64,000 bases of DNA from Felis catus (taxonomy: Eukaryota). The position numbers and the translations under genes are program-made. The notes under the pieces are model-generated. The model saw nothing but the letters and a program-made list of their open reading frames with translations, ran no database searches and had not been told where the DNA came from. Below, one piece after another: positions 44,870 to 56,543 of this stretch (position 1 is its first letter; every line of letters starts with the position of its first letter). The DNA is taken from assembly GCF_018350175.1 (NCBI RefSeq), contig NC_058368.1:102364001-102428000 (forward strand), written 5' to 3'.

Positions 44870-44975
44870 AGGATGCCTTTAGATCCTTCCAGCTCCATAT
44901 TGTGCCAGTAAAGTCTCTTTTGCCTGAGTCAGAGTTGGTTTTCATTGCTGGCAACCTGAGAAGCCTGACACGAGT
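44870..44975 (+). mobile_element. Old LTR 3' end (MLT1/LTR16-like)
   Basis: ccagtaaagtctcttttgcctgagtcagagttggttttcattgctggcaacctgagaagcctgac. Confidence 0.45.
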
Positions 44976-45014
44976 TCCTCAAATACCTTGAGTTTGAAGG
45001 TCCAGGTTTGTTTG

Positions 45015-45080
45015 TTTTAAGTTTATGTAACTATTTTTCAGTTTATTTATTTGAGAGAGTGAGCAGGGGAGGGGTGGAGG

Positions 45081-45129
<49 letters not shown>

Positions 45130-45220
45130 CCTAAGCAGGCTCTGCACTGTCAATGCAGAGCTGGACACGGGGCTCGAACTCACGAACCACGAGACCATGA
45201 CCTGAGCCAAAGTCGAGAGT
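45015..45220 (-). mobile_element. 5'-truncated Can-SINE with (GA)n
   Basis: Antisense body; head missing beyond gactctcgactttggctcagg. Confidence 0.85.
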
Positions 45221-45269
45221 CCGTGTAAAAAATGCATATATATGTTGGTTTCTATTCACTCCATCTTTT

Positions 45270-45990
45270 TATAGCACTTTTGACAGCATTAAATTCTTCA
45301 CATCACTTCAAAACTTAGTGGTGTAGGGGCGCCTGGGTGACTCAGTGGGTTTAGCGTCCGACTCTTGATTTTAGCTCAGCTCATGATCTCATGGTTCACG
45401 AGTCTGAGCACCCCATCGGGCTCTGTGCTGACAGCACGAAGCCTGCTTGCAATTCTGGCTCCCTCTCTGTCTCTGCCCCTCCCCTGTTGGCGCCACAGGT
45501 CTGCGGGTCAGGACACAGGAGGGATGATGTATCTCTGCTCGAAAATGTCAGGTACTTCGGCTCAGAAGACCCAAATGCCTGAGGTAGGGGGGGCAAGGGT
45601 CTCTCAAGAGTTGGAGACTGGAATCATCTAGAAGCACCTTCTCTTACGTGTCAGGTGCCTGAACATGGATGACTCAAGCTTAACTCAGCAGGGATGTTGA
45701 CTTGATTACCCACCTATGCCCCTTCCATGCAGCCTGGGTCTCCTCACAGCATCGCAGTCTCACTGTAGGTGAACTTCCTACAGAATAAGTCAGGACTCCA
45801 AGCACGTATCCCAGCCATCAAAATGGAAGTTCGCCTCTGAAATTATGCAACTTCAAATGTGATGCCTTCTATTATCAAATTATACATGAGCCTTATGTCT
45901 GGTCCACACTCAAAGGGGATACCATCTAGATCCTACCTCTTAATGGGGCAGAGTCTAAGAATTTGTTGACATGTCTTAAAACAGCCATAA
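45270..45990 (-). mobile_element. MaLR LTR (MLT1G/H-like) interrupted by a SINE
   Basis: caaaacttagtggtgta...ctggaatcatctagaagc...ctcctcacagcatcgcagtctc...ctcaaagggga...cctacctcttaatggggcagagt...gacatgtcttaaaacagccata. Confidence 0.7.
45326..45486 (+). mobile_element. Older Can-SINE lacking its 3' end
   Basis: Head through cccctcccctg, then LTR sequence. Confidence 0.85.
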
Positions 45991-46029
45991 ACTCATGTAG
46001 CAAGGTACATAATGTCCATCGATCCCAAG

Positions 46030-46450
46030 TGTACTGGTGAATCAAGTTTCGCAAGTAAGTTTCACTTATATGCGACCATCAGAATGTCCTCAGCACCTAA
46101 GAAGTTTGCCTCAGATCCCTTTCCACAGTCCCTTAAGGAGCAATCACTGTTCTGGCTTCTATGACCATGAGGTCTGCCTATCCCAAACTTCATTTAGACT
46201 GAATCTTATAGTATACTCTTGAGTCTGCCCTTTTTCTTTATTTTTTGTTCGGCATCGTGTCTATGAAACTCACCCATGTTGTCGTATGGACCATTTATTC
46301 ACTGTTATTCCTGTGTCTTTTTCCACTCTACGATTATGCCCCAATTTATTTATACATTGTTTTGTTGATGGACATTTGTTGTTGTCTCCAGTTTGGGGGC
46401 ACGTGGGAGTAAAGCCAGCGTCCTTGCATGTGTGAAGGCCCATTTTTACT
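46030..46450 (-). mobile_element. Ancient L1 fragment
   Basis: gcaatcactgttctggcttctatgacc...cacccatgttgtcgtatg...gatggacatttgttgttgtctccagtttgggg. Confidence 0.7.
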
Positions 46451-46519
46451 AACAAAAGATGTTAATGATCTGCCTCCATGTTCTAGCAGCTATCAATCTT
46501 GGAAGCACATAAAGCCAAC

Positions 46520-46660
46520 GGGGTGCCTGGGTGGCTCATTCAGTTAAGTTTCCAACTCTTGAGCTGAACTCAGGTCTTGATCTCAGGGTTGTGAGTTCAA
46601 GCCCCGTGTTGGGCTCCTCACTGGGTATGGAGCCTACTTTAAAAAAAAATAAAATAAAAG
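46520..46660 (+). mobile_element. Short Can-SINE lacking the CT tract
   Basis: Head plus agcctactttaaaaa tail. Confidence 0.88.
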
Positions 46661-46663
46661 TAT

Positions 46664-46865
46664 GGGGCACCTGGATGGCTCAGGTGGTTAAGCGTCCGAC
46701 TCTTGGTTTCGGCTCAGGTCATGATCTCACTGTCTCATGAGACTGGGCCCCGCATCGAGCTCCAGGCTGACACTGCAAAGCCTGCTTGAGATTCTGTCTC
46801 TCTTTTGCTCTGCCCCTCCCTAACTCGCACTGTCTCTCCCAAAATAAATACATAACCTTTTAAAG
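46664..46865 (+). mobile_element. Older Can-SINE in tandem with the previous copy
   Basis: Head directly after the previous tail. Confidence 0.88.
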
Positions 46866-48699
46866 GAAATTCTGAAGGAATTTTTACGATATTGCTTAAA
46901 AAGCATATACATGCATTTCACATAAAATATACGTAATGTGACATGATTCTTCCCGTTAGTAACGCATAAGGTCGCATGGATTCATGGGGCCCATTGCAAT
47001 AACCCGTGCTCCCCACCCTACACCCAAGGATAGGTGGCTCTCAGATCAAGAGTAACTCCTAGAAGGGATTATTCACCTTTGGCATCTTTTAAATCAGAAA
47101 CGTGCAAACCTTTGCATGCCCCTACTCATGGCTCCAGGGTCCCAGCTCTTGTAACCACACTGGAAGGCACAGTTTGTAATCATCACCATTCTGTTACGCT
47201 TTCCTGCGCCCCGACGAAGCACAGGTTTTATCCCAGCGGGGCCTGTGAGCCCAGGCTCTTCTCTGCCAAACAGAATTGCCCTTGACCAAAAATGGCTACC
47301 TGTGTAATTCCAGGGATGAGATTCACTCTCATTGTGAAGGAAGTCTGAATGGAATGCATGTGGGCTGAAGTAAAGCAAATTAGGAATAAATAAAATCCAA
47401 ATACATAGGAATCCGTATTGGAATTATTTTTTTTCAGAATGGCCTTCCAGCTTTCAGAAAAGTTCTTGGCGTCACCCCGACCACATTCTCCTCGGTGCTA
47501 TCTTCTGCTGAGGTGGAATCCGACTGAGTGACTGAGTCAAAGTTGAGTTTTCTGGGCTGTTGACTCCACCTGTCTGACATTTCCCTGCCCTTCCACTTCT
47601 CACTGTTTTTCAGGCTTTTGTCCTTGAAGTGGGTGTTTTGTGGACACTCGCCTTCCACCGAAGAGTCCAAAAAAAGGCGGTAGGAACAGTCCCTGGTCAC
47701 ATGTCCTCACGTTCTGGTCTATGGAGTCGTCTGCAAGGGAGATCTCGGGAAAACCGTATGCAATGTTTGAGGGGCCTGCGCAACAAAGAATGCCCAAGAA
47801 AATGGATGATGCTGTATTGTATACTCTGATATTAACCTAAGAGTGCCAGGAAGAACTTAATTGATTGATGATATGCCAAAGATCCATTTGAATTGTGCTA
47901 CGCTCATTCATTTCACTTTTGCTGACAATTTAAACACCGTATTTGTTAGCATAAAGTCAGTCCCTGGGTAAATGTACTGTCAGCAGGGATATTGTACAGT
48001 CTTTTGAGGTGAGATGTGGCGACTTCTATCAATAATTTTTAACGTAAATAAATCTAAATTTAAAAATTCTTAAGCCCTCCCCCTCGGCTCCTATCGGCAT
48101 GTGTAGATGACTGATACGACTATCTCTTCCTCTTTAATCACTGAGGGGCCAGTCGATGTTATGACAGTCTCTGTGGGAACCATTACTCTGAATATTTCGG
48201 AGTCTAGTGATTTCTTGGGGGCTGGGGGACAGGGCTTTAATCAAGAAAAAAAAATCTCTTGATGACAATAAAATGCAGATAACCACCCCACTTTGACACT
48301 GTTATACATAGGTCACAAATTATGATACGGTCTTGCTATAATTCATCAAACTATGCATACTACAAATTTGCAGCTGGTACAAAGCTATCATTAACCTTCA
48401 TTTACCAACACTGCCCGCGTCCCTTTCTCCCTGAACCACCTCGAGTCATTCTATTTTCTTTTCCTGGGTTAGCCCTTCATCCTCCACTGATACGCTTATG
48501 TCATGCAAGCTCTGACAAGATGAGATTACTGAAAATCTTATTTTTCTTTTAAAGAACCTCTTGGATGATCACTGCAGTTGCTCATCAGAAAATGAAGTAG
48601 GAGGGCATTCACTTCCCAAAGTCCCCTCTCTGTAAAGAGAGCTTCCCTACTATTCTTCCTTTCTGATCTTATAGTCTAATAAAGTTTTGCCTGATGCTC

Positions 48700-48722
48700 A
48701 AAAAAAAAAAAAAAGAAAAGAA

Positions 48723-48768
<46 letters not shown>
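48700..48768 (+). repeat. poly(A) grading into (GAAAA)n and (GAAA)n
   Basis: Read directly. Confidence 0.93.
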
Positions 48769-48769
<1 letters not shown>

Positions 48770-49851
48770 GATATGAAGTATGAGAACATTCTAATATTTG
48801 CAACTATATGGGACTCATTAAAAAAAATATTGGGCTATTCCCCAACTCCCTCAATTGCTCCCCAGTTATCACTATCGCCATCACACACGCACGCACGCAC
48901 GCACGATCTCGCCACTGTCCTCACTCTCAACGTACCGATATCATCCCTGGAAAAAAGACACCTAAGCTTAGGGGCATCAGTTATGCTGCTCTTTCCCTGG
49001 GAGGAAGAGCTAGGGACCACATTTACTCTGTTTCCTGAGAGAATACTGATTCACTCATTCTTATGTCGTAAACCAAACCTTGCACATTTATTTGTAGGGT
49101 GGAAAACGCATACCCCCAAATATCAGCTAGCAGCTCTGGGCTTCATTGCTGCTGCTTTCGTGCTCGGAAAGTATCGAGTTCTGTTGATTACGAAGTATAT
49201 TTTCGTGATTCTCAGCAATGGCACAAAGACACTTGATTATAAAAATCAAGGGAACTATTCCAAAACTACACAAGAGTAACATGGAACATCCCTGCCTTGT
49301 ACCCACGAAGCAGAGATTACCTGAGACAAGTTGGCACATTTCAAAGCCTTATAGATCTTGATACTCCAAAGGTTTATCCCTGCAGGGGGGCTATTTTCAT
49401 ACTTACTGCAATATAACCTTACAAGGCTGAGAAGGGCACTGTAAAAAACCTAGATGAAGTAGATTAAGCAGGGAAGAGGAGTACTTCTTTTTTCCAGTTG
49501 TGTCCTGAACCTAGAGAGCTCCCTGGCATTTGGAAGTTTCGACCCTAGTACGTATTTTTACGTCACATATTCCATTTGGCCCAATGTTGTATTCCAAATG
49601 AGTTCTCATGAACAAGTTCTGGATGGAGTGAAGGCTGGTTTTGACACTTGTGAGACCAGATGGCATTTAGACATTTTCCGCTACTTTGCCTCCTTTCATT
49701 CTCTTTTTCACTGAGTTACCGTCAAATTCTTCTAGGAAATTCAGCAGATACAGCCACCATGGCTAGCATGGGTCACCAGCGACATTTTTAAGGGATTGGA
49801 TACAAGACAATTTCAATGATTTAAGGAAACGCTCATTCAATAATGTTGATC

Positions 49852-50050
49852 GGGGTGCCTGGGGGGCTCAGGCGATTGAGTGACTTCGTTTTAGCTCAGG
49901 TCATGATCTCACAGTGGGTGGGCTCGATCCTCGCATCAGGCTCTGTGCTGACAGTGCAGTGCCTGCTTGGGATTCTCTCTTTCTCCCTCTTTCTCTGACC
50001 CTCCTCGACTCATTCTCTCCTTCCCTCTCTCTCAAAATCAACAAACTTTA
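49852..50050 (+). mobile_element. Older Can-SINE
   Basis: Head and CT tract; tail continues after the nested SINE to ~50302. Confidence 0.88.
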
Positions 50051-50051
50051 T

Positions 50052-50270
50052 GGGGCGCCTGGGTGACACAGTCGGTTAAGCGTCCAACTTCAGCCAGGTC
50101 ACAATCTCGCGGTCCGTGAGTTCGAGCCCCGCGTCAGGCTCTGGGCTGATGGCTCGGAGCCTGGAGCCTGTTTCCGATTCTGTGTCTCCCTCTCTCTGCC
50201 CCTCCCCCATTCATGCTCTGTCTCTCTCTGTCCCAAAAATAAATAAACGTTGAAAAAAAAAATTAAAAAA
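50052..50270 (+). mobile_element. Young felid SINE nested in an older SINE tail
   Basis: 17-bp TSD aaaatcaacaaacttta at 50034-50050 and 50271-50287. Confidence 0.96.
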
Positions 50271-50530
50271 AAAATCAACAAACTTTAAGAAAAAATAAAT
50301 AAGGCTAATCAGTAATATCACGATGATATAAAAATGTAAAACTATTTCCTGGATGAGTCTGTTCATTTGCAAACCAGTCCAATTTTCTGCCCCATTGGTA
50401 CTGCTCTATCAAAACCCCAAGAGTCAGCTCTCCTTGCTGAGGGATTATCATTGACTGGCCCAACGTTGGAATCTGACCTAAGGGTGTCAATTACATTTTC
50501 TCTCTCACTAAAGTTTTTTCTAGTTCTATT

Positions 50531-50752
50531 TCAAACATTTTTAATGCTTTTATTTATTTTTGAGAGAAAGAAAGACAGAGAGATAGTATGGGGTAGGGGC
50601 AGAGAGAGAGAGAGAGAGAGACAAAATCCAAAGCAGGCTCCAGGCTCTGAGCTGTCAGCACAGAGCCCGATGCAGGGCTCGAACCCAGGAACCTCGAGAT
50701 CATGACTTGAGCCTAAGTCAGATGCTCAACTGACTGAGCCACCCAGGTGCTC
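50531..50752 (-). mobile_element. Felid SINE, intermediate type
   Basis: Antisense copy; degenerate TSD ttctagttctattt/ttctggtcctgttt. Confidence 0.9.
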
Positions 50753-51118
50753 TTCTGGTCCTGTTTTAATTGTTTACAGATATTTATGCTTATGTGTGCA
50801 TACAGTCAAGTTTTGTTCTTTTTTTTTTTAACGTGCAAGTCTATGAATCTTGACAAATGCATACAGCCATATCACTAGGACCACAGTGAGGACACAGAAC
50901 ATTTTCATCATCCCCACAACCCTAAAAAAATTTTGTATTGTTACCCCTTTCTGGCCAAACAATGTCCTCGCCCCAAACTCCTGGCAACCACAGCTCTGTT
51001 TTTCACTCCTATAGCTTCGCCTTTCTGACCATGCTATAATGAGTGGAATCATATGTTACATCACCTTTAAATCTGGCTCACTTTACTTAGCTTAATGCAT
51101 TCAACACTCATTCATGTT

Positions 51119-51318
51119 GGAGCACCTGGGTGGCTCAGTCAATTAAGCATCTGACTTCAGCTCAGGCCATGACCTCATGGTTCGTGAGTTCAAGCCCCAC
51201 GTTGGGCTCTCTGCTGACAGCTCAGAGCCTGGAGCCTGCTTCCCATTCTGTGTCCCCCCCTCTCTCTCTGCCCCTCCCCTGCTTGTGCTCCGTCTCTCTC
51301 TCAAAAATAAACAGTATT
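51119..51318 (+). mobile_element. Felid SINE, intermediate type
   Basis: Full body; outer TSD actcattcatgttg/actcgttcatcttg. Confidence 0.9.
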
Positions 51319-51559
51319 GGGGTGCCTGGGTGGCGCAGTCGGTTAAGCATCCGACTTCAGCCAGGTCACGATCTCGCGGTCCGTGAGTTCGAGCCCCACG
51401 TCAGGCTCTGGGCTGATGGCTCGGAGCCTGGAGCCTGCTTCCGATTCTGTGTCTCCCTCTCTCTGCCCCTCCCCCGTTCATGCTCTGTCTCGCTCTGTCC
51501 CAAAAATAAATAAACGTTGAAAAAAAAATTTTTTTTTAATAAAAAATAAAAAGTAAAAA
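51319..51559 (+). mobile_element. Young felid SINE nested in a SINE tail
   Basis: TSD aaaaataaacagtatt at 51303-51318 and 51560-51575. Confidence 0.96.
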
Positions 51560-52559
51560 AAAAATAAACAGTATTTACAAAAAAAATTTTAAATGACTCG
51601 TTCATCTTGTTATGTGCATCAGTGGTTCACTTCTTTTCATTACTAGGTAGTATTTCATTGTATGGATGTACCATTGTTCAAACATTCCCAGTTGGAGGAC
51701 ATTTGGGTCACTTCTAGTTTGGGGAAATGAGGAATAAAGCTGCTGTCAACATTTTTGTATGCTGTCGTTGTTGTTGTTTTTAATTTCACTTGGGTAGATA
51801 TGTAGAATTTCCGCATCGTATGGGAAGTATATATTTAACTTTACAAGAAACTGACAAACTGTTTTCCCAAGTAGCTGTGCCATTTTATATTCCTACCAGC
51901 AGTGTATGAGAGCTTCCAAAGCTCTACCTCTTCGCCCGTTTTTTTTTAACCATTCTAATATGTGTGTAATGATGTCTCACTGTGGTTTTGATTTACATTT
52001 CCAATGTAACTAATAATCCCGAGCCTCTTTTCATGTGTTTATCCATCCACTGTCCATATTGTTTGGTTAAGCGTCTTCAAAACTTTTGTCCCTATTTTAG
52101 GTAGGTTGTCTTCTTACTACAGAGTTTGGGGAGGTGGTTATACAGTCTGGATACAAGTCTTTGTTGGTCTGTGTTTTGCAGATATTTTCTCCCAGTGTGT
52201 GGCTTGTCTTTTCCTGCTCTTAACAGCATTTTTTGCAGAGCACACAAATTTTAATATTGATGAAGTCCCAATTTCTCAATTCATTTTCTTTTACGGACTG
52301 TGCTTTTGGCGTCATACCCAAGAAATCTTTGCCTAACCCGAGGCCACAAACATTTTCTGAGTAAGCCCCAGCTTCGGCTGTCAGCTCTACATTTTTTCAC
52401 AAAAGCATCCTGCCCCTACTGTGGTAACCTCATGTGACAACGTCCAAAATCACTCTAACCTACGTCTGGGTCCTGTTTGGCCACTGGGAACCAAGGACAG
52501 CTCCAAAGAGGTCAACCTTGGGAGCCCCCCACCCCCAGCCTCAGCATGCTACACTACCA

Positions 52560-53015
52560 ACTTTTTCTTTAAAGTTTATTTTATTTTGAGACAGAGACAG
52601 AGACAGAGAATTCCAAGCAAGCTCCATGCTGCCAGCATAGAACTCGATGCTGCGCCCGATCCCATGAACCTTAAGATCGTGACCTGAACTGAGATCAAGA
52701 GTCAGAAGCTTAAGGGGCGCCTGGGTGGCGCAGTCGGTTAAGCGTCCGACTTCAGCCAGGTCACGATCTCGCGGTCCGTGAGTTCGAGCCCCGCGTCGGG
52801 CTCTGGGCTGATGGCTCGGAGCCTGGAGCCTGTTTCCGATTCTGTGTCTCCCTCTCTCTCTGCCCCTCCCCCGTTCATGCTCTGTCTCTCTCTGTCCCAA
52901 AAATAAATAAAAACATTGAAAAAAAAACTTTTTTTAATTAAAAAAAAAATAAAACCATTAAAAAAAAAAAAAAAAAGAGTCAGAAGCTTAAGTGACTGAG
53001 CCACCCGGGTGACCC
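52560..53015 (-). mobile_element. Older Can-SINE split by a young SINE
   Basis: Antisense body 52560-52713; head resumes at 52975-53015. Confidence 0.85.
52714..52974 (+). mobile_element. Young felid SINE inserted into the head of an antisense SINE
   Basis: TSD aagagtcagaagcttaa at 52697-52713 and 52975-52991. Confidence 0.97.
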
Positions 53016-54303
53016 TTTATCACCACCTTTTATTTTGCCGTGGCTCCACCTTTGACTGGTCTGAGGCGGCCAGCCTGGCAACCTCTTCCCACACCCCCAA
53101 ATGAACATCGGAAGGAAGAGGTGGGCCAGAGCCCTGCGGTTGTTAATTTCACTTCTCTAACTCACCTCAAGGCCCACATCTGATCACTCCTGTGCCCTGT
53201 TTCTCCTTCCTGCTCCTCTCCCCTAAACCAGGTAGGGCTGGAAGAACGCAATCTTCTTCTGTGGTCCTCCACCAGCAACTCCCTATGGCCCGACCCAGTG
53301 AGTGTGGACTTTGATATACTCAAGCAAGGAGACAAAGGAATGTAGAAATTCGTTTCTCTAAGCATTATCGTGGTTTCCCAGACCGTCACTTGCAGCAAAA
53401 TCCTACTTTCGAATGTCGCAAGTTGGGTATTTTCTCAGTTTTTTTCTGTCTGCGTTAATGGCAGATGGAGAGGTGGGTGCCTCCATGTAGGACCAAGGTC
53501 AAGCACTTAGAGGAACAAAAGAAACCACATCAAGCTGTTTTAAACCCCTACCACCATCTCACCCCCGTTTAGACCCCTCCCCTCCCCTCCTCACATTCAT
53601 ACACACAGTCTGAACAAGCCTACCCTTCTTACTCCCCCCTTCAAAGCCCATCACAGCACAGCTTCATTCTCAGACCGCCCCTCCCCCTCCCCCACATCTG
53701 GGTTTCAAAGTGTTTAAAGGTAACTCTGAGCACTCTCTCATATAAATCCATACCACCATCCATGACTCCTGGCCATTCTGTTCTCCCACTAACCGAATTA
53801 GCACGTTAAGGGCCGGGAGCTTGAGACACAGGAGTCTTCTTTAGAAGGCTGAGGAAGGACAGAAAGCTCACGTGTTAACATGTTAAACTATTTGCCCAGC
53901 TATGCACGCACATACACAGGAGCAAATACACATACGGAAAATGCCTCAAGAAAACACACTCAAGTATCAATTGAGATCCTCTCTAGATGGGAAGGTTGTA
54001 GCTGATTATTGTCTTTATCCTTTCTGGAATTTTTGTAAAACTCGATGTTGTATATTTATTCCTTCCACAGTAAGAAAAAATCATCGAAGCGAAGATCTCT
54101 AAAATTTGGCTAAAGTCTTACTTCCTCCCATAAAGCTCATCTGCTCACTTTCCCTGACAGAACCCCCATAATTAACTTATTAGGCATTCAACTACTATTT
54201 AAGGAATGCTAGTTATACGATGGTCTCTGTGCTAGATGTCTGTTCAATACACAGACAGCAGATTCAAAATCTGTAACCAGCTTTATAGCCCAGTTAACAA
54301 CTA

Positions 54304-54575
54304 CTGTTGATTCTTGACTAACACGGGTTTGAAATGCATGACTCCATGCATAAATGGATTTTTTTTCTACAGTATAATACTGCCAATGTATTCTCTCCCT
54401 TATAATTTTCTGAATATTTTCTTTTCTCCAGTTCACTTTTTTGTAAGAACGCACACAAGGCACAGAATGGGTGTTAATCCACTGTTTACGGTACTGATAA
54501 GACTTCAGATCAACAGTAGGCAGTGGCAGGGTGGGGGAGGCGCCCCGAACCCTGATACCGTGCAAGGGTCAAGTG
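54304..54575. mobile_element. Tigger2a/MER8-like Tc1/mariner MITE
   Basis: ta|ctgttgattcttgactaacacgggtttgaaatgc ... caagggtcaagtg|ta: degenerate terminal inverted repeats with TA TSD. Confidence 0.8.
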
Positions 54576-54944
54576 TATACAGAATGGACCGAGTCCAAAG
54601 TGCCGGAACATGTCTAGAGGTCTCACCCTCTGCCTTTAGTTGCTGGTTTGATGAGAAAACCCGGAGCATATGGGGCAGAAGGGACATCCTGAGGTCATTC
54701 GCCCACTGGAATAGGAGTATTTCAGAATTTCAATAACTGGAACAATTGTCTCAGTAGGTGCCCACTGCATTTCAGCCCTGCTTCCCTGCCCTGTTCTTAC
54801 AGTGATTTAATAACTGCACAGGGTGGCCGCTGTGACAAAAAGTAAGGGAGATGCAAAATCCTTGAACATTTAGATGTCACTTCTCCTTGTTCCCATAGAT
54901 TCATGTGAGCACACATATCACAGTTCTTTTTTTTTTTTTTGTAA

Positions 54945-55137
54945 AAAAAAAAGTGTATTTATTTATTTTGGAGAAAGGGAGAGAGCAAGCAGGGGAGGGG
55001 CAGAGAGAGAGAGAAAGGGAGACACACAATCGGAAGCAGGCTCAGCACAGAGCCCGGCACAGGGCTCAAACCCAGTCACCGGGGGATGGTGACCTGAGAG
55101 GAAGTCAGATGTTTAACCAACTGAGCCCCCAGGTGCA
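54945..55137 (-). mobile_element. Can-SINE, diverged
   Basis: Antisense body with internal deletion. Confidence 0.85.
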
Positions 55138-55169
55138 TTTATCGCAGCTCTTATTCTGCTAGATAAGGT

Positions 55170-55310
55170 AATCATCCATTTACTTGCCTGTCTCTTCCCA
55201 CCAAATTCCAAGATTCTTAAGAGGGCTGAACATGCATTATTTATTTAGGGACTTACCTAGTACAGGAACCAGCACCGCTAAGCACTCAATAAACATTTGT
55301 TGAATAAACC
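55170..55310 (+). mobile_element. L2 3' end
   Basis: cctagtacaggaaccagcaccgctaagcactcaataaacatttgttgaataaa. Confidence 0.7.
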
Positions 55311-55563
55311 TTTTAAGATTAGGATTCCCCAGTCCTGAAAAGGGAAACAGTTCTGTCCAGTGGGGTCCTCTGAGGAATAACCCGAACGGTTCCAGCTAAG
55401 AAACATTCGTGAAAATACGATATTCTGTTTGGTACTTGCTTGGAAAGGAGAAATTGTGCTCAGACGTGCTGTATCGGAAGATCCCAAGTACAGCACAGAG
55501 AGAATCGGGGAAGAAGTCAGGGGAGCAGGAAAGGGGAAACAAAGCAAAAGAATGCTGATTACT

Positions 55564-55725
55564 GGGGCACTTGGCGGCTCAGTCAGTTAAGCGTCCGACT
55601 CTCGGTTTTGGCTCAGGTCATGATCTCACAGTTTGTGAGTTCAAGCCCTGCATGGGGGTCTGTGCTGACAGCACAGCGCCTCCTTGGGATTCTCTCTCCT
55701 TCTCTCTTCCCCTCCCAGATTCACG

Positions 55726-55760
<35 letters not shown>

Positions 55761-55797
55761 AAAATAAACTTTAAAAAAAAAGAAGAAGAAGAAAAGA
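55564..55797 (+). mobile_element. Older Can-SINE
   Basis: TSD aaagaa(t)tgctgatta. Confidence 0.9.
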
Positions 55798-56312
55798 AAA
55801 GAATTGCTGATTATTGTGTATCGAACCACAAGAGTTGGGATCCAGAAGCCACCCTGGTGAAATATCCACATACAAACATACCCGTCCCAAAGACAGATTA
55901 AGCTGAGTTTTAAACTCTCAGTATAATATTGAAGGCTCAGGTGCTAACCCGTATGGAGTAAAAGCACATCAGACATAAATGGGAAGCCCAGCTGCCCAAG
56001 TGACCCCTTCACTTTCCGTAGGGCAGGCTGGGGGCCAGCTGCCCATAGGACTCACCATGTCCCACATTCCCTGGATTGGTGCAAGAGATCCATATCCTCC
56101 TCCTTTGTTTTGTGCCCTGAGCGTCCTGCACAGCCCAGGAGAGCCATACCTCTGAGGCCTCTGAAATGTTTGTATGTGTCCTGTTTTCTAGAACCTTCCT
56201 CCTGGAAGGGGCGCACCCTCATTAGAATGGATGAACACTGCTGGCTTCCATGATTGAAGCCCTTCCCACTAAGGTCCTGGCACCTCTCAGTGTGTACCTA
56301 AGAAGTGTTCTT

Positions 56313-56543
56313 GGGGCGCCTGGGTGGCGCAGTCGGTTAAGCGTCCGACTTCAGCCAGGTCACGATCTCGCGGTCCGTGAGTTCGAGCCCCGCATCGGGC
56401 TCTGGGCTGATGGCTCAGAGCCTGGAGCCTGTTTCTGATTCTGTGTCTCCCTCTCTCTCTGCCCCTCCCCCGTTCATGCTCTGTCTCTCTCTGTCCCAAA
56501 AAATAAATAGACGTTGAAAAAAAAAAATTAAAAAAAAAAAAAA
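56313..56543 (+). mobile_element. Young felid SINE
   Basis: TSD aagaagtgttctt at 56300-56312 and 56544-56556. Confidence 0.97.

Larger units (their letters stand above)
50760..52350 (-). mobile_element. Old L1 (L1MB/MC-like) 3' region interrupted by a SINE pair
   Basis: ggacacagaacattttcatcatcccc...ctggcaaccacag...gtagtatttcattgtatggatgtacc...ggacatttggg...caaactgttttccc...ttcctaccagcagtgtatgagag...gcagatattttctcccagt. Confidence 0.85.

Noticed and set aside
48773..49279. 168-aa ATG ORF with hydrophobic stretches
   Set aside because: Follows a (GAAA)n repeat, includes a cacg repeat, and has no recognised family or splice context
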